Source: Gammaproteobacteria bacterium
GTDB taxonomy: Bacteria; Pseudomonadota; Gammaproteobacteria; Ga0077554; Ga007554
DNA length: 64,000 bases
NCBI GenBank assembly: GCA_016191235.1
Contig: JACPOZ010000030.1
Span: forward strand, 3,924 to 67,923
Reading direction: 5' to 3'
Under the pieces are notes generated by a model that saw nothing but the letters and a program-made list of their open reading frames with translations, was not told the DNA's origin and did not search any database. The first letter of the stretch is position 1, and every line of letters starts with the position of its first letter. This document shows positions 30,986-40,328 of this stretch, piece after piece. A program made the position numbers and the translations under genes.

Positions 30986-32109
30986 ACGCAAAACCTGTCG
31001 TGAGCGGTGGCCAGAAGCTGGGGATCGGCATGGCATCAGATCGCGTAAGCCAATGGATACGCCCGCAGCTCCGTGCCTTATCGGCTTATCACGTGCCTGA
31101 TCCGGGGAACCTGATCAAGCTTGATGCCATGGAAAATCCCTACATCTGGCCGCAGCCACTGGTTGATGAGTGGCTGGCGACGTTGCGCCATGCCAGCCTC
31201 AACCGCTATCCCGACCCCCAGGCACACGTCCTCAAGGCGCGCCTGCGCGAGGTGTTGGATATACCGCAAGGGATGGATATCCTGCTGGGCAACGGCTCGG
31301 ATGAGCTGATCCAGATGGTCGCCATGGCGGTGGCCGGGCCGGGGCGTACTGTGCTGTCGCCAGAACCCAGCTTTTCCATGTACCGCATGATTGCCGCCTT
31401 CACTGGCTTCGAGTACGTTAGCGTGCCGCTGAATGCGGGCGATTTCAGCCTGGATATGCCGGCGATGCGCGATGCGATTGCCCGCCATCAGCCCGCTGTG
31501 GTGTTTTTATCCTACCCCAACAACCCCAGCGGCAATCTGTGGAATGCCGACGAGTTGTGTGAGCTGATCGCCGCCGCGCCTGGCCTGGTGGTGGTGGACG
31601 AGGCCTATAACGCCTTCGCCGATGGCACGTTCATGCCGCGTCTGACGGACTTTGACAATCTGCTGGTGCTGCGCACCCTGTCCAAAATGGGCCTGGCCGG
31701 ATTGCGCCTGGGCGTGCTGGCCGGCGCTAAGGCGTGGCTGGATGAGTTTGACAAGATACGTCTACCGTATAATATCGGCGTACTGACGCAGACGAGTGCG
31801 GAATTTGCCTTGCGCCATTATGATGTGCTCGAAGCCCAGGCTGCGCAGATCCGCGCCGACCGCGAGCAGCTCCTGGCTCGGCTGCGTGCCATGAGCGGCA
31901 TCACCGCCTATCCCAGTCGCGCCAACTTCATCCTGTTCCGTGTGCCCGCTGGGCGCGCCCCAGAGATATTCGCGGCGATCAAGGCGGACGGCGTGTTGAT
32001 CAAAAGCATGCATGGCGCAAGTCCGCTGCTCAACGACTGCCTGCGGGTAACGGTGGGCACGCCGCAAGAGAATGAGGCTTTTCTGGCGGCGTTGGCAAAG
32101 GTCATTTGA
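30982..32109 (+). CDS. hisC: histidinol-phosphate aminotransferase
   Basis: 375 aa class-II aminotransferase with PLP lysine region ([13 protein letters not shown]). Overlaps the hisD stop. Confidence 0.9.
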   Translation: MNAKPVVSGGQKLGIGMASDRVSQWIRPQLRALSAYHVPDPGNLIKLDAMENPYIWPQPLVDEWLATLRHASLNRYPDPQAHVLKARLREVLDIPQGMDILLGNGSDELIQMVAMAVAGPGRTVLSPEPSFSMYRMIAAFTGFEYVSVPLNAGDFSLDMPAMRDAIARHQPAVVFLSYPNNPSGNLWNADELCELIAAAPGLVVVDEAYNAFADGTFMPRLTDFDNLLVLRTLSKMGLAGLRLGVLAGAKAWLDEFDKIRLPYNIGVLTQTSAEFALRHYDVLEAQAAQIRADREQLLARLRAMSGITAYPSRANFILFRVPAGRAPEIFAAIKADGVLIKSMHGASPLLNDCLRVTVGTPQENEAFLAALAKVI

Positions 32110-32112
32110 TAT

Positions 32113-32208
32113 GATTTTTGCCACGGAGCCACAGAGAGCACCGAGAAATGAAATTTTGTGTGGGACTCATCGCATGACTCTCTGTGTCCTCTGTGCCTCC
32201 GTGGCAAA
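32113..32208. repeat. MITE-like small inverted-repeat element in the hisC-hisB spacer
   Basis: About 22-bp terminal inverted repeats TTTTTGCCACGGAGCCACAGAG / CTCTGTGCCTCCGTGGCAAAAA (1 mismatch), flanking about 50 bp. Confidence 0.4.
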
Positions 32209-32230
32209 AATATAAAACTGGAGAAAACCC

Positions 32231-32824
32231 ATGACTGAGCGCAAGGCGACCGTCAAACGCGATACCCTGGAGACCCGCATCGAGGCGACCGTGAATCTTG
32301 ATGGCACAGGTGCGTCGCGCTTTCAGACCGGCGTGCCGTTCCTCGATCACATGATGGATCAGATTGCACGGCACGGCATGATCGACATCGACATCCAGGC
32401 CGAGGGTGATCTGCATATTGATGCCCACCATACTGCCGAAGATATCGGTATCACCCTCGGCCAAGCGGTGGCAAAGGCCATAGGTGACAAGCGTGGTATT
32501 CGCCGCTACGGCCATGCCTACGTGCCGCTCGACGAGGCGTTGTCTCGCGTGGTCATTGATTTTTCCGGCCGCCCCGGCCTGGAATATCATATTGATTTTC
32601 CCCGCGCGCGTATCGGTGACTTCGATGTCGATTTGTTTCGTGAGTTTTTTCAGGGTTTCGTCAACCATGCCCTGGTGAGCCTGCACATCGACAACCTCCG
32701 TGGCCGCAACGCCCATCACATTGCCGAGACCGTGTTCAAGGCCTTCGGCCGTGCCGTGCGCATGGCGCTTGAGATGGACCCGCGTATGCAGGGCATCATG
32801 CCGTCCACCAAGGGGAGTCTGTGA
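32231..32824 (+). CDS. hisB: imidazoleglycerol-phosphate dehydratase
   Basis: 197 aa monofunctional IGPD with Mn-binding His/Glu motifs (GxDxHH, HHxxE). Confidence 0.9.
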   Translation: MTERKATVKRDTLETRIEATVNLDGTGASRFQTGVPFLDHMMDQIARHGMIDIDIQAEGDLHIDAHHTAEDIGITLGQAVAKAIGDKRGIRRYGHAYVPLDEALSRVVIDFSGRPGLEYHIDFPRARIGDFDVDLFREFFQGFVNHALVSLHIDNLRGRNAHHIAETVFKAFGRAVRMALEMDPRMQGIMPSTKGSL

Positions 32825-32831
32825 TGAATGA

Positions 32832-32972
32832 CGCTTACTTAAGCCAAAATGTAGGGTGGGTTAGCGTTTTTTGCGTAACCCACCAAGCGTTGCGCAGCAA
32901 CACAACGCATTATTTAATGAGCGCCTCTTGTGCCCTTTGGATAAACCCAACCTATGTTTGGCATAAGTAAGT
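32832..32972. repeat. inverted-repeat-bounded spacer element in the hisB-hisH gap, with an internal hairpin
   Basis: Termini CGCTTACTTAAGCCAAA / TTTGGCATAAGTAAGTGCG. Internal hairpin GGTGGGTTA-N12-TAACCCACC. The terminal 11 nt match the inner part of the IS4-family inverted repeat at 44933/46148. Confidence 0.35.
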
Positions 32973-33008
32973 GCGGTTCGAGTTTGTGACCACTCCGAGT
33001 TATCCGGC

Positions 33009-33659
33009 ATGAGCACCGTTGCAGTCATTGATTACGGCATGGGTAATCTGCGCTCGGTCGCCAAAGCGCTGGAACACGTCGCCGACCCCGGTACGACGGT
33101 AGAGGTTACTGCCTCGCCAGAGCGCATCCTACAGGCCGACCGCGTGGTTTTTCCTGGTCAGGGTGCGGCACGCGATTGCATGGCAGAACTCACGCAGCGT
33201 GGACTGGTGGATGTGGTAAAAGAGGCCGTACGCAGCAAACCGTTTCTTGGAATTTGCATGGGCCTGCAAGTGCTGCTGGAATCCAGCGAGGAAAATGGCG
33301 GTACAGCAGGCCTGGGCATTTTGCCGGGTAGCGTGCGGCGCTTCCCGGATGGCATGGTTGATCCCCGCTCAGGCGACGCGCTGAAGATCCCTCACATGGG
33401 CTGGAACCAGGTGCATCAAACAAAACCACATCCCTTGTGGCAGAGCATACCCCAAGACAGCCGTTTTTATTTCGTGCATAGTTACTATGTTGCGCCAACG
33501 GAGTCGGGCCAGGTCGCAGGGATAACGCATTACGGCACCGATTTCGCCTGCGCCATGGCGCGCGGCAATGTCTTTGCTGTGCAATTTCATCCCGAAAAAA
33601 GCGCAGGGGCGGGGCTTGCCCTGCTCGCCAATTTTCTGGGTTGGGATGGGTGTCTGTAG
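33009..33659 (+). CDS. hisH: imidazole glycerol phosphate synthase glutaminase subunit
   Basis: 216 aa class-I glutamine amidotransferase with catalytic Cys in GICMGLQ and the His/Glu triad. Confidence 0.9.
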   Translation: MSTVAVIDYGMGNLRSVAKALEHVADPGTTVEVTASPERILQADRVVFPGQGAARDCMAELTQRGLVDVVKEAVRSKPFLGICMGLQVLLESSEENGGTAGLGILPGSVRRFPDGMVDPRSGDALKIPHMGWNQVHQTKPHPLWQSIPQDSRFYFVHSYYVAPTESGQVAGITHYGTDFACAMARGNVFAVQFHPEKSAGAGLALLANFLGWDGCL

Positions 33660-33696
33660 ACGTAAGGGGTTTTAATTCTATTTCTAATTTTTGACC

Positions 33697-33721
33697 CCCT
33701 CTCCCGCACGGCGGGAGAGGG
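33697..33721. repeat. REP-like hairpin (same 11-bp stem as 28901-28924)
   Basis: CCCTCTCCCGC-ACG-GCGGGAGAGGG directly after hisH. Confidence 0.45.
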
Positions 33722-33810
33722 AATAATTGATTACCTGATTGAAATGGAATAAGACACACTCTGCGAAATTTTGGGTAATAAATTTTTTCTGTCCCCGTGA
33801 GGAAGCTATC

Positions 33811-34545
33811 ATGTTGTTGATCCCCGCCATTGACCTGAAAGATGGCAAATGCGTGCGTCTGCGCCAGGGGCGCATGGAAGATGACACCGTCTTTTCCGAT
33901 GACCCGCTCGCCGTCGCCGGGCGCTGGGTGGACGCGGGCGCGCGGCGTCTGCATCTGGTGGATCTGAACGGCGCCTTCGCCGGCAAGCCGGTTAATGCCG
34001 ATATCATCCGGCGCATCGCACAAACCTATCCCGACGTGCCGATCCAGGTGGGGGGCGGCATACGCGACGACGACACCATCCAGGCCTACCTGGATGCAGG
34101 TGTCAGCTACGTGATCCTCGGCACCAAAGCGGTCAACACGCCGCACTTCGTGGGTGATGTGTGCCGCGAGTTCCCCGGCCATATCATCGTCGGCCTGGAC
34201 GCCAAAAACGGCAAGGTGGCGATAGATGGCTGGTCCAAACTCTCCAATCACGATGTTATTGATATCGCGCAGCGCTTTGAAAAAGATGGTGTCGAGGCGA
34301 TTATCTATACCGACATCGGACGTGACGGCATGCTGGGTGGAGTGAATATCGAAGCCACTGTCGCACTGGCGCGGGCCATCTCGATCCCGGTGATCGCCTC
34401 CGGCGGCATCACCAACCTGGAAGATATCCGCGCGCTGTGCGCGGTCGCCGAGGAAGGCATCATGGGCGCAATTACTGGCCGCGCCATCTACGAAGGCACG
34501 CTGGATTTTGTCGCAGGACAGAAACTGGCGGACGAGTTGAGCTGA
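33811..34545 (+). CDS. hisA: ProFAR isomerase
   Basis: Starts [17 protein letters not shown] with a GAGGAAG RBS upstream. The ORF-track start at 33739 is probably too early. Confidence 0.9.
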   Translation: MLLIPAIDLKDGKCVRLRQGRMEDDTVFSDDPLAVAGRWVDAGARRLHLVDLNGAFAGKPVNADIIRRIAQTYPDVPIQVGGGIRDDDTIQAYLDAGVSYVILGTKAVNTPHFVGDVCREFPGHIIVGLDAKNGKVAIDGWSKLSNHDVIDIAQRFEKDGVEAIIYTDIGRDGMLGGVNIEATVALARAISIPVIASGGITNLEDIRALCAVAEEGIMGAITGRAIYEGTLDFVAGQKLADELS

Positions 34546-34546
34546 T

Positions 34547-35326
<780 letters not shown>

Positions 35327-35441
35327 TCAAAAGCCGCGTCCTGCCTGGGGCCGCTGGTATTGATTTCGCTGGGTTTCTCAAGAAAGGAATAGGGGTATCA
35401 CCCCCTTTTTACTTTTTTATTCGCGGGCTGAGGAGTAATAA

Positions 35442-36671
35442 ATGGCAGTCATCGAAGGATTTCGGGTGCAGAACTATCGCGCACTGCGCGATGTGACGCT
35501 GGGCAAGCTCTCCAACCAGCAAGCTGGGAAACCATTGACGCCTTTCACCGTGGTGATTGGCAAGAACGGCGTAGGCAAGAGCACCTTGTTCGATGCATTC
35601 GGATTCGTGGCGGACTGTTTGTCCGCCGATGTAGAAAGCGCCTGCGACATGAAGCAACGCGGTGGCTTCGATCGCCTTCGCTCGATGGGCGTGAATGAGC
35701 CCATCCGGTTTGAAATCTATTACCGCGAAGGGCCCAATGAACGGCCGATCACCTACGAGTTGGCGATTGCGCTAGATTCCTCGGGGCGGCCCTTTGTCGA
35801 ATCCGAGGTGCTCAAGCAGCGTCGTAAGGGCGAGAAGCGTGGTCGGCCTTATGCGTTCCTGCGCCTGGACCACGGCAAGGGAACGGTCTGGGCAGGTGAA
35901 GAAGCCCTAGAAGCCGAAGGTGGAGAGGATCGTGCCCAGACGCCAGTAGAACTGACCGATACCCGGCAACTCGGCATCGCCACCTTGGGTACGCTCAAGG
36001 AACATCCGCGCATCAAGCTGTTTCGAGACTTCCTCAAAGGCTGGTATCTGTCCTACTTCTACCCGGATGCGGCGCGTAGTCTGCCGAGCGCCGGCCCACA
36101 GCGGCATTTGAACATCCACGGCGACAACATTGGCAACGTGGTGCAGTTCATGGAGCGTGAGCACAAAGCGCGATTCAAGGCCATCCTCGAACGCATTGCG
36201 GCGAAGATTCCGGGGATTGCCAGTATCGACACGCAGGTGACTGAGGACAAGCGCGTGTTACTGCGTTTCAACGACGGCGCTTTTGGTGACCCATTCTTCG
36301 CCCAGCAGATGTCAGATGGCACGCTAAAAGTTTTTGCTTACCTGCTGTTGTTGGAAGACCCGGACCCACCACCGTTCATTTGCATCGAAGAGCCAGAGAA
36401 CGGCCTTTATCACAAGCTGTTGGAGGCGTTGGCCCAGGAGTTCCGTTTACATGCCACCGGCAAAAAGAATGCCCCGCAGATTTTCGTGACCACGCACCAG
36501 CCGTACTTTGTTGATGCGCTGGCGCCCGAGGAAGTGTGGATACTGGAGAAAGGAACGGATGGCTATTCCACTGTGCGTCGCGTCTCTGAGCTTGAAGACG
36601 TGAAAAACCTCGTGGCTGAAGGTTTGCCTTTGGGTGGTCTTTGGTACAGCGATTATCTCGATGAGAGATGA
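35442..36671 (+). CDS. ABC-type AAA ATPase (AAA_21/AAA_15-like, OLD/PARIS AriA-like) without a nuclease domain
   Basis: Walker A VVIGKNGVGKST, Q/signature-like QMSDGTLKVF, Walker B/D-loop FICIEEPENGLY and H-loop VTTHQP. GAGGAG RBS upstream. 4-nt overlap with the next gene. Confidence 0.8.
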   Translation: MAVIEGFRVQNYRALRDVTLGKLSNQQAGKPLTPFTVVIGKNGVGKSTLFDAFGFVADCLSADVESACDMKQRGGFDRLRSMGVNEPIRFEIYYREGPNERPITYELAIALDSSGRPFVESEVLKQRRKGEKRGRPYAFLRLDHGKGTVWAGEEALEAEGGEDRAQTPVELTDTRQLGIATLGTLKEHPRIKLFRDFLKGWYLSYFYPDAARSLPSAGPQRHLNIHGDNIGNVVQFMEREHKARFKAILERIAAKIPGIASIDTQVTEDKRVLLRFNDGAFGDPFFAQQMSDGTLKVFAYLLLLEDPDPPPFICIEEPENGLYHKLLEALAQEFRLHATGKKNAPQIFVTTHQPYFVDALAPEEVWILEKGTDGYSTVRRVSELEDVKNLVAEGLPLGGLWYSDYLDER

Positions 36672-37327
36672 GTATGCACATTGAGATATTGGTGGAGGAC
36701 AGTTCGGGGGAGAAGTTGCTGCAAGTATTGCTGCCTCAGTTTCTGGGGCTACAAGGCGAGCCACATACCTGGCGTTTACATGCCTACAAGGGCATCGGCC
36801 GAATTCCACCTGGCTTGGTGACGAAGGCCGATCCCTCGAAGCGGATTTTGCTTGACCAGCTGCCAAAGCTATTACGTGGTTATGGCAATACGCCCGGAAT
36901 AGATGCCGTTGTGGTCGTGCTCGATACTGACAAACGCGACTGCGCTGCATTTTTGGCCGAGCTGAAAGCGGCCGCCGATGTCTGCAATCCGGTGCCTAAC
37001 ACTCTGTTCAGACTCGCTATCGAGGAAATGGAAGCCTGGTATTTCGGCGACCAAGATGCTTTGTTGGCCGCCTATCCACGAGCCAAGCGGGATGTGCTCG
37101 GAAAGTATGTTCAGGACAGCGCATGTGATACATGGGAACTCCTCGCCGACGCAGTGCATTCGGGCGGGTCGGCAGCGATCAAGAAAGCTGGCTGGCCATT
37201 GCCGGGACAGGTGAAGCATGAATGGGCCGAAAAGATTGGTCCGTTGATGGACCCGAACCGGAATATCTCTCCGAGTTTTGGAAAGCTGAGGGATGGATTG
37301 CGCTGGCTCGTCGCAGAGGCGACTTAA
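36668..37327 (+). CDS. DUF4276-like protein with Toprim-like signature (candidate nuclease partner of the upstream ATPase)
   Basis: 219 aa. N-terminal HIEILVEDSSGE (conserved Glu) and VVVVLDTDKRD (DxD) resemble a Toprim catalytic core. The DUF4276 family assignment is from memory. Confidence 0.6.
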   Translation: MSMHIEILVEDSSGEKLLQVLLPQFLGLQGEPHTWRLHAYKGIGRIPPGLVTKADPSKRILLDQLPKLLRGYGNTPGIDAVVVVLDTDKRDCAAFLAELKAAADVCNPVPNTLFRLAIEEMEAWYFGDQDALLAAYPRAKRDVLGKYVQDSACDTWELLADAVHSGGSAAIKKAGWPLPGQVKHEWAEKIGPLMDPNRNISPSFGKLRDGLRWLVAEAT

Positions 37328-37391
37328 TGCGGGCAATCGGAATCCTTTAATGCTTTAATGAGAGAAAAAAGCGAAGAAAGGACTCCACCCC

Positions 37392-37423
37392 TTAACCCTC
37401 CCTCGACTTAACCCTCCCTCGAC
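37392..37423. repeat. perfect tandem duplication of a 16-bp unit
   Basis: TTAACCCTCCCTCGAC occurs twice in tandem, between the DUF4276 gene and the convergent S8 protease gene. Confidence 0.6.
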
Positions 37424-37537
37424 GCGTGTCCTCATCTCTGCTCTATCGCCCCACCCCAACGCGGCAGGCTGGATGAAGCCTACCGCGCGCCCTTGGCTTC
37501 CGTCGTCAGACGCAGGACGGGTTACTGTGCCGTGACA

Positions 37538-40069
37538 CTACTCGCTTCCACCTGCATAGTAGCGGATGGATTCGGAGTGTAGCCCCTGCGCCGTGAGCAC
37601 CAGCCGTGGCAGGTCGAGGCCGCATCCCGGGCGGAGGATGAGCTTGCCTCGGCCAACGCCGGCCCTCTGCACAGTGAATGTCTGCTGAACGTCCGGCACG
37701 ATGGCGAGGGAGAAAACCCCGTCCCTGTTGGTCATGGCCGATGCCTCCCGAGGTTGGAAAGCGGCTTTTCCAGGCGCGGCCAGCTTGGTGGATAGGCGTG
37801 CTCCGGCGACAGGGCGGCCATTGGCATCGACCACCTCGCCGAAGACGCGGCAGGGCCGTGGCACGTAGGTACGCACCGTGACGCCGCCGATCAGCCGCCG
37901 TTCTCCGTCTTTGGGCGTGGCATACACCGCCACGTTGCAATTCGCCTGGCGGCCGGGACGGGTGCCGACGGGGGCGTTGAAGGTAACCTTGATGTTCCGC
38001 GCGCAATCGGTGAACGGGTCCAGCGCGAAAGCGGCATCGCTGACCGTACAGCGCCAGCCGGGGTGGTCGGAAACCGCCTTGATCTCGAATCGCGCGGGCG
38101 TCATAAGCGAATTTTCGACACGGACATTGTATACCGATGGGCTGATCATGATATTGCGTTGCGTGACATTGTTGGTGTAATCCGCGTCGAGTCCATACGC
38201 GATCGAGATCTGGACACATTGATGGTCTGAAGATGCCGGCGTCCACGCCATGTTCTCGGTAACGGTATCGTGGGGATTGATGGTGATCTTTTTTGTGCCG
38301 AGAGGGTGGAATTGATTATTCCCGGCGGCAAAATTGTACACGCCGAAATTCACCAGGATCGTGACGGGGGTGTTGCCGGGATTTTCTATCTTGACGTTGA
38401 TCTGATTGGGGACGCCGGCCTTGGCCGGCGTGTTCGTCGTTATGTCGACCTGATTATTCCACGCCGGATCGTTGCTCTTGAGCGGGCAGGGCTGGCCCGC
38501 GGCGCCGCCACTCTGGCAGTTGGGAAAGCGCACATCGGTGGATTGCGCCATCGCACCTTGCAGCGCCGCGCCGACGTTCAACAAACCCCAGCCCAGCGCC
38601 GTGTCCCAATTGCCCGTCGTGGATGAATATGGAGTATTGCGCGAATTGTCGGCGAACATGATCAGCAACTGTTTCAGGCTGTCGGGCGACATGGCGGGGA
38701 ATTTCTGCAACACCAGGGCCGCGGCGCCCGATGTCATCGCCGCGGCGGGAGATGTTCCGGGAATTCCCATGAGCGTGGTGGTGCTCAGATTCTGTCCCGG
38801 CGCGGAGAGGTCGGGTTTCAGCGCCAGCAGGTTCGGCGACACGAAGCTGAAGTCCTTGCGCGGACCAATGAGATAGTTGCTCCAATGCGTGTCGTCGCTG
38901 CGTGTCACCGTGTTCTTGTCATCCGTGGCATTGACGCTGATGGCGAACGAGGCCGAGGCAGGCGGCTTGGTGATCCTGGCGCCTGGCGAAGACGCCGGGC
39001 ATGACGCCGTACCGTTATTGGCATTGGCGTAGGAGGCCACCACCACCAACCCCAGCGCCGAAAGATAATTGGCCTGCTGCGACAATGCGTCCGTGCCGTC
39101 ATCATCGACGCAGCGCGAGAAAGACAGGTTGACGACGCGAATCTTGAATTTCTGGGCATTGATGCCAACCCAGTCCACCGCCTTGGCGGTAAATGTCGAG
39201 TCGCAATTGTATTGACCGGAAGAAGTGGTCCCGCAACGGTTCACATCAATAAGACCTGCGGCTGGCGCAATCCCGGCACAATTGGCCGCGGGGCCGCCGC
39301 CGGGATTTCTGCACGTCTGGCCGGCAACACCTCGCCCCAGCGCCATCACGGCCATGGTGGTGCCATGATTGCCGACGTTGTCCGTTGGATTTCTTGATCC
39401 GTCTCCCGAATCAGTGCTGTCCCAGGCATCGTATCCGGCAACGAATGCCGAAGATGGGAGTGTATTCAAGGTGCCATCATTGACACCTGTATCGACGATG
39501 GCGATATTGATCCCGCTTCCGTTCAGGCCCATGTCCTGCGCCGACTGGTTCGGGTATTGGGCGCTGGCATGCGCTTGAATGGCGCGGGAGGCAACGTCCA
39601 GCTCCAGGGTTTCCGGTATCTGCCATTCGACCATCGCCACCTCGGGCCGCGCGGCAAGTGCCGGCAAGTCGGCAATTGGAACATCGTTGAGGAAGACGAA
39701 ACTGACCAGCTTGCCTACATAGGCTATCTTTCCGTATCTGGAAAAGATTTCCTGCACCTGCGCCGGAGGAATGCAACGGTTTAGTGCGAGAATGATATTC
39801 GTGCGATCTTTGGGGCCAAAGCGCGCCTCGATCTCGTCATCGATGAAGTTGCGGTTCTGGTCGCGAACCCAGGATAGATGCTTGCGCTGCCCGATCAGGG
39901 TGGGATTCGAGTGCGACGTCACAACTTTTTGCCAGGAAAGCGGCGTATATGCTGTTGCGTACAACGGCCCACACGTAAAAATAAACAGGAATGACGAGAA
40001 AGCGATAACGAACTTCCTTGTGAGTTGCTCTGTCTTCCCTGACACGTAAAAACCCAGCTGGATTTTCAT
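37538..40069 (-). CDS. secreted subtilisin-like serine protease (peptidase S8) with N-terminal propeptide and C-terminal accessory domains
   Basis: 843 aa with a signal peptide, catalytic triad motifs IAIVDTGV (Asp), HGTTMA (His) and GTSPAAAMTSGAAAL (Ser), and a C-terminal beta-sandwich region. Confidence 0.85.
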   Translation of the reverse strand: MKIQLGFYVSGKTEQLTRKFVIAFSSFLFIFTCGPLYATAYTPLSWQKVVTSHSNPTLIGQRKHLSWVRDQNRNFIDDEIEARFGPKDRTNIILALNRCIPPAQVQEIFSRYGKIAYVGKLVSFVFLNDVPIADLPALAARPEVAMVEWQIPETLELDVASRAIQAHASAQYPNQSAQDMGLNGSGINIAIVDTGVNDGTLNTLPSSAFVAGYDAWDSTDSGDGSRNPTDNVGNHGTTMAVMALGRGVAGQTCRNPGGGPAANCAGIAPAAGLIDVNRCGTTSSGQYNCDSTFTAKAVDWVGINAQKFKIRVVNLSFSRCVDDDGTDALSQQANYLSALGLVVVASYANANNGTASCPASSPGARITKPPASASFAISVNATDDKNTVTRSDDTHWSNYLIGPRKDFSFVSPNLLALKPDLSAPGQNLSTTTLMGIPGTSPAAAMTSGAAALVLQKFPAMSPDSLKQLLIMFADNSRNTPYSSTTGNWDTALGWGLLNVGAALQGAMAQSTDVRFPNCQSGGAAGQPCPLKSNDPAWNNQVDITTNTPAKAGVPNQINVKIENPGNTPVTILVNFGVYNFAAGNNQFHPLGTKKITINPHDTVTENMAWTPASSDHQCVQISIAYGLDADYTNNVTQRNIMISPSVYNVRVENSLMTPARFEIKAVSDHPGWRCTVSDAAFALDPFTDCARNIKVTFNAPVGTRPGRQANCNVAVYATPKDGERRLIGGVTVRTYVPRPCRVFGEVVDANGRPVAGARLSTKLAAPGKAAFQPREASAMTNRDGVFSLAIVPDVQQTFTVQRAGVGRGKLILRPGCGLDLPRLVLTAQGLHSESIRYYAGGSE

Positions 40070-40328
40070 GGTTCATCTCCCTGTAAGGGCAAAGAATTTG
40101 TTGTGTAGCTGCCACGACAAAATCATTGAACCACATCATGATCCAGGCATCTTTGACGCAGATCAAAAATACTCCGAATTAATATAAGACTTCCGCAAGA
40201 GCATGGCATCCTGGAAACCGGTAATGCATCCGACCTTGATATAGATCAAGGAAATATTCTGGCGAGCGTCTACTATCGTTTATCAGGCGGTAGTGGTGGG
40301 ACGTGTGATGCAGGGTACGGAGGCAGCC

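Noticed and set aside
37506-38246. 246-aa minus-strand ORF overlapping the S8 protease 3' region
   Set aside because: It is an alternative frame of the protease gene, Pro/Arg-rich with no motifs.
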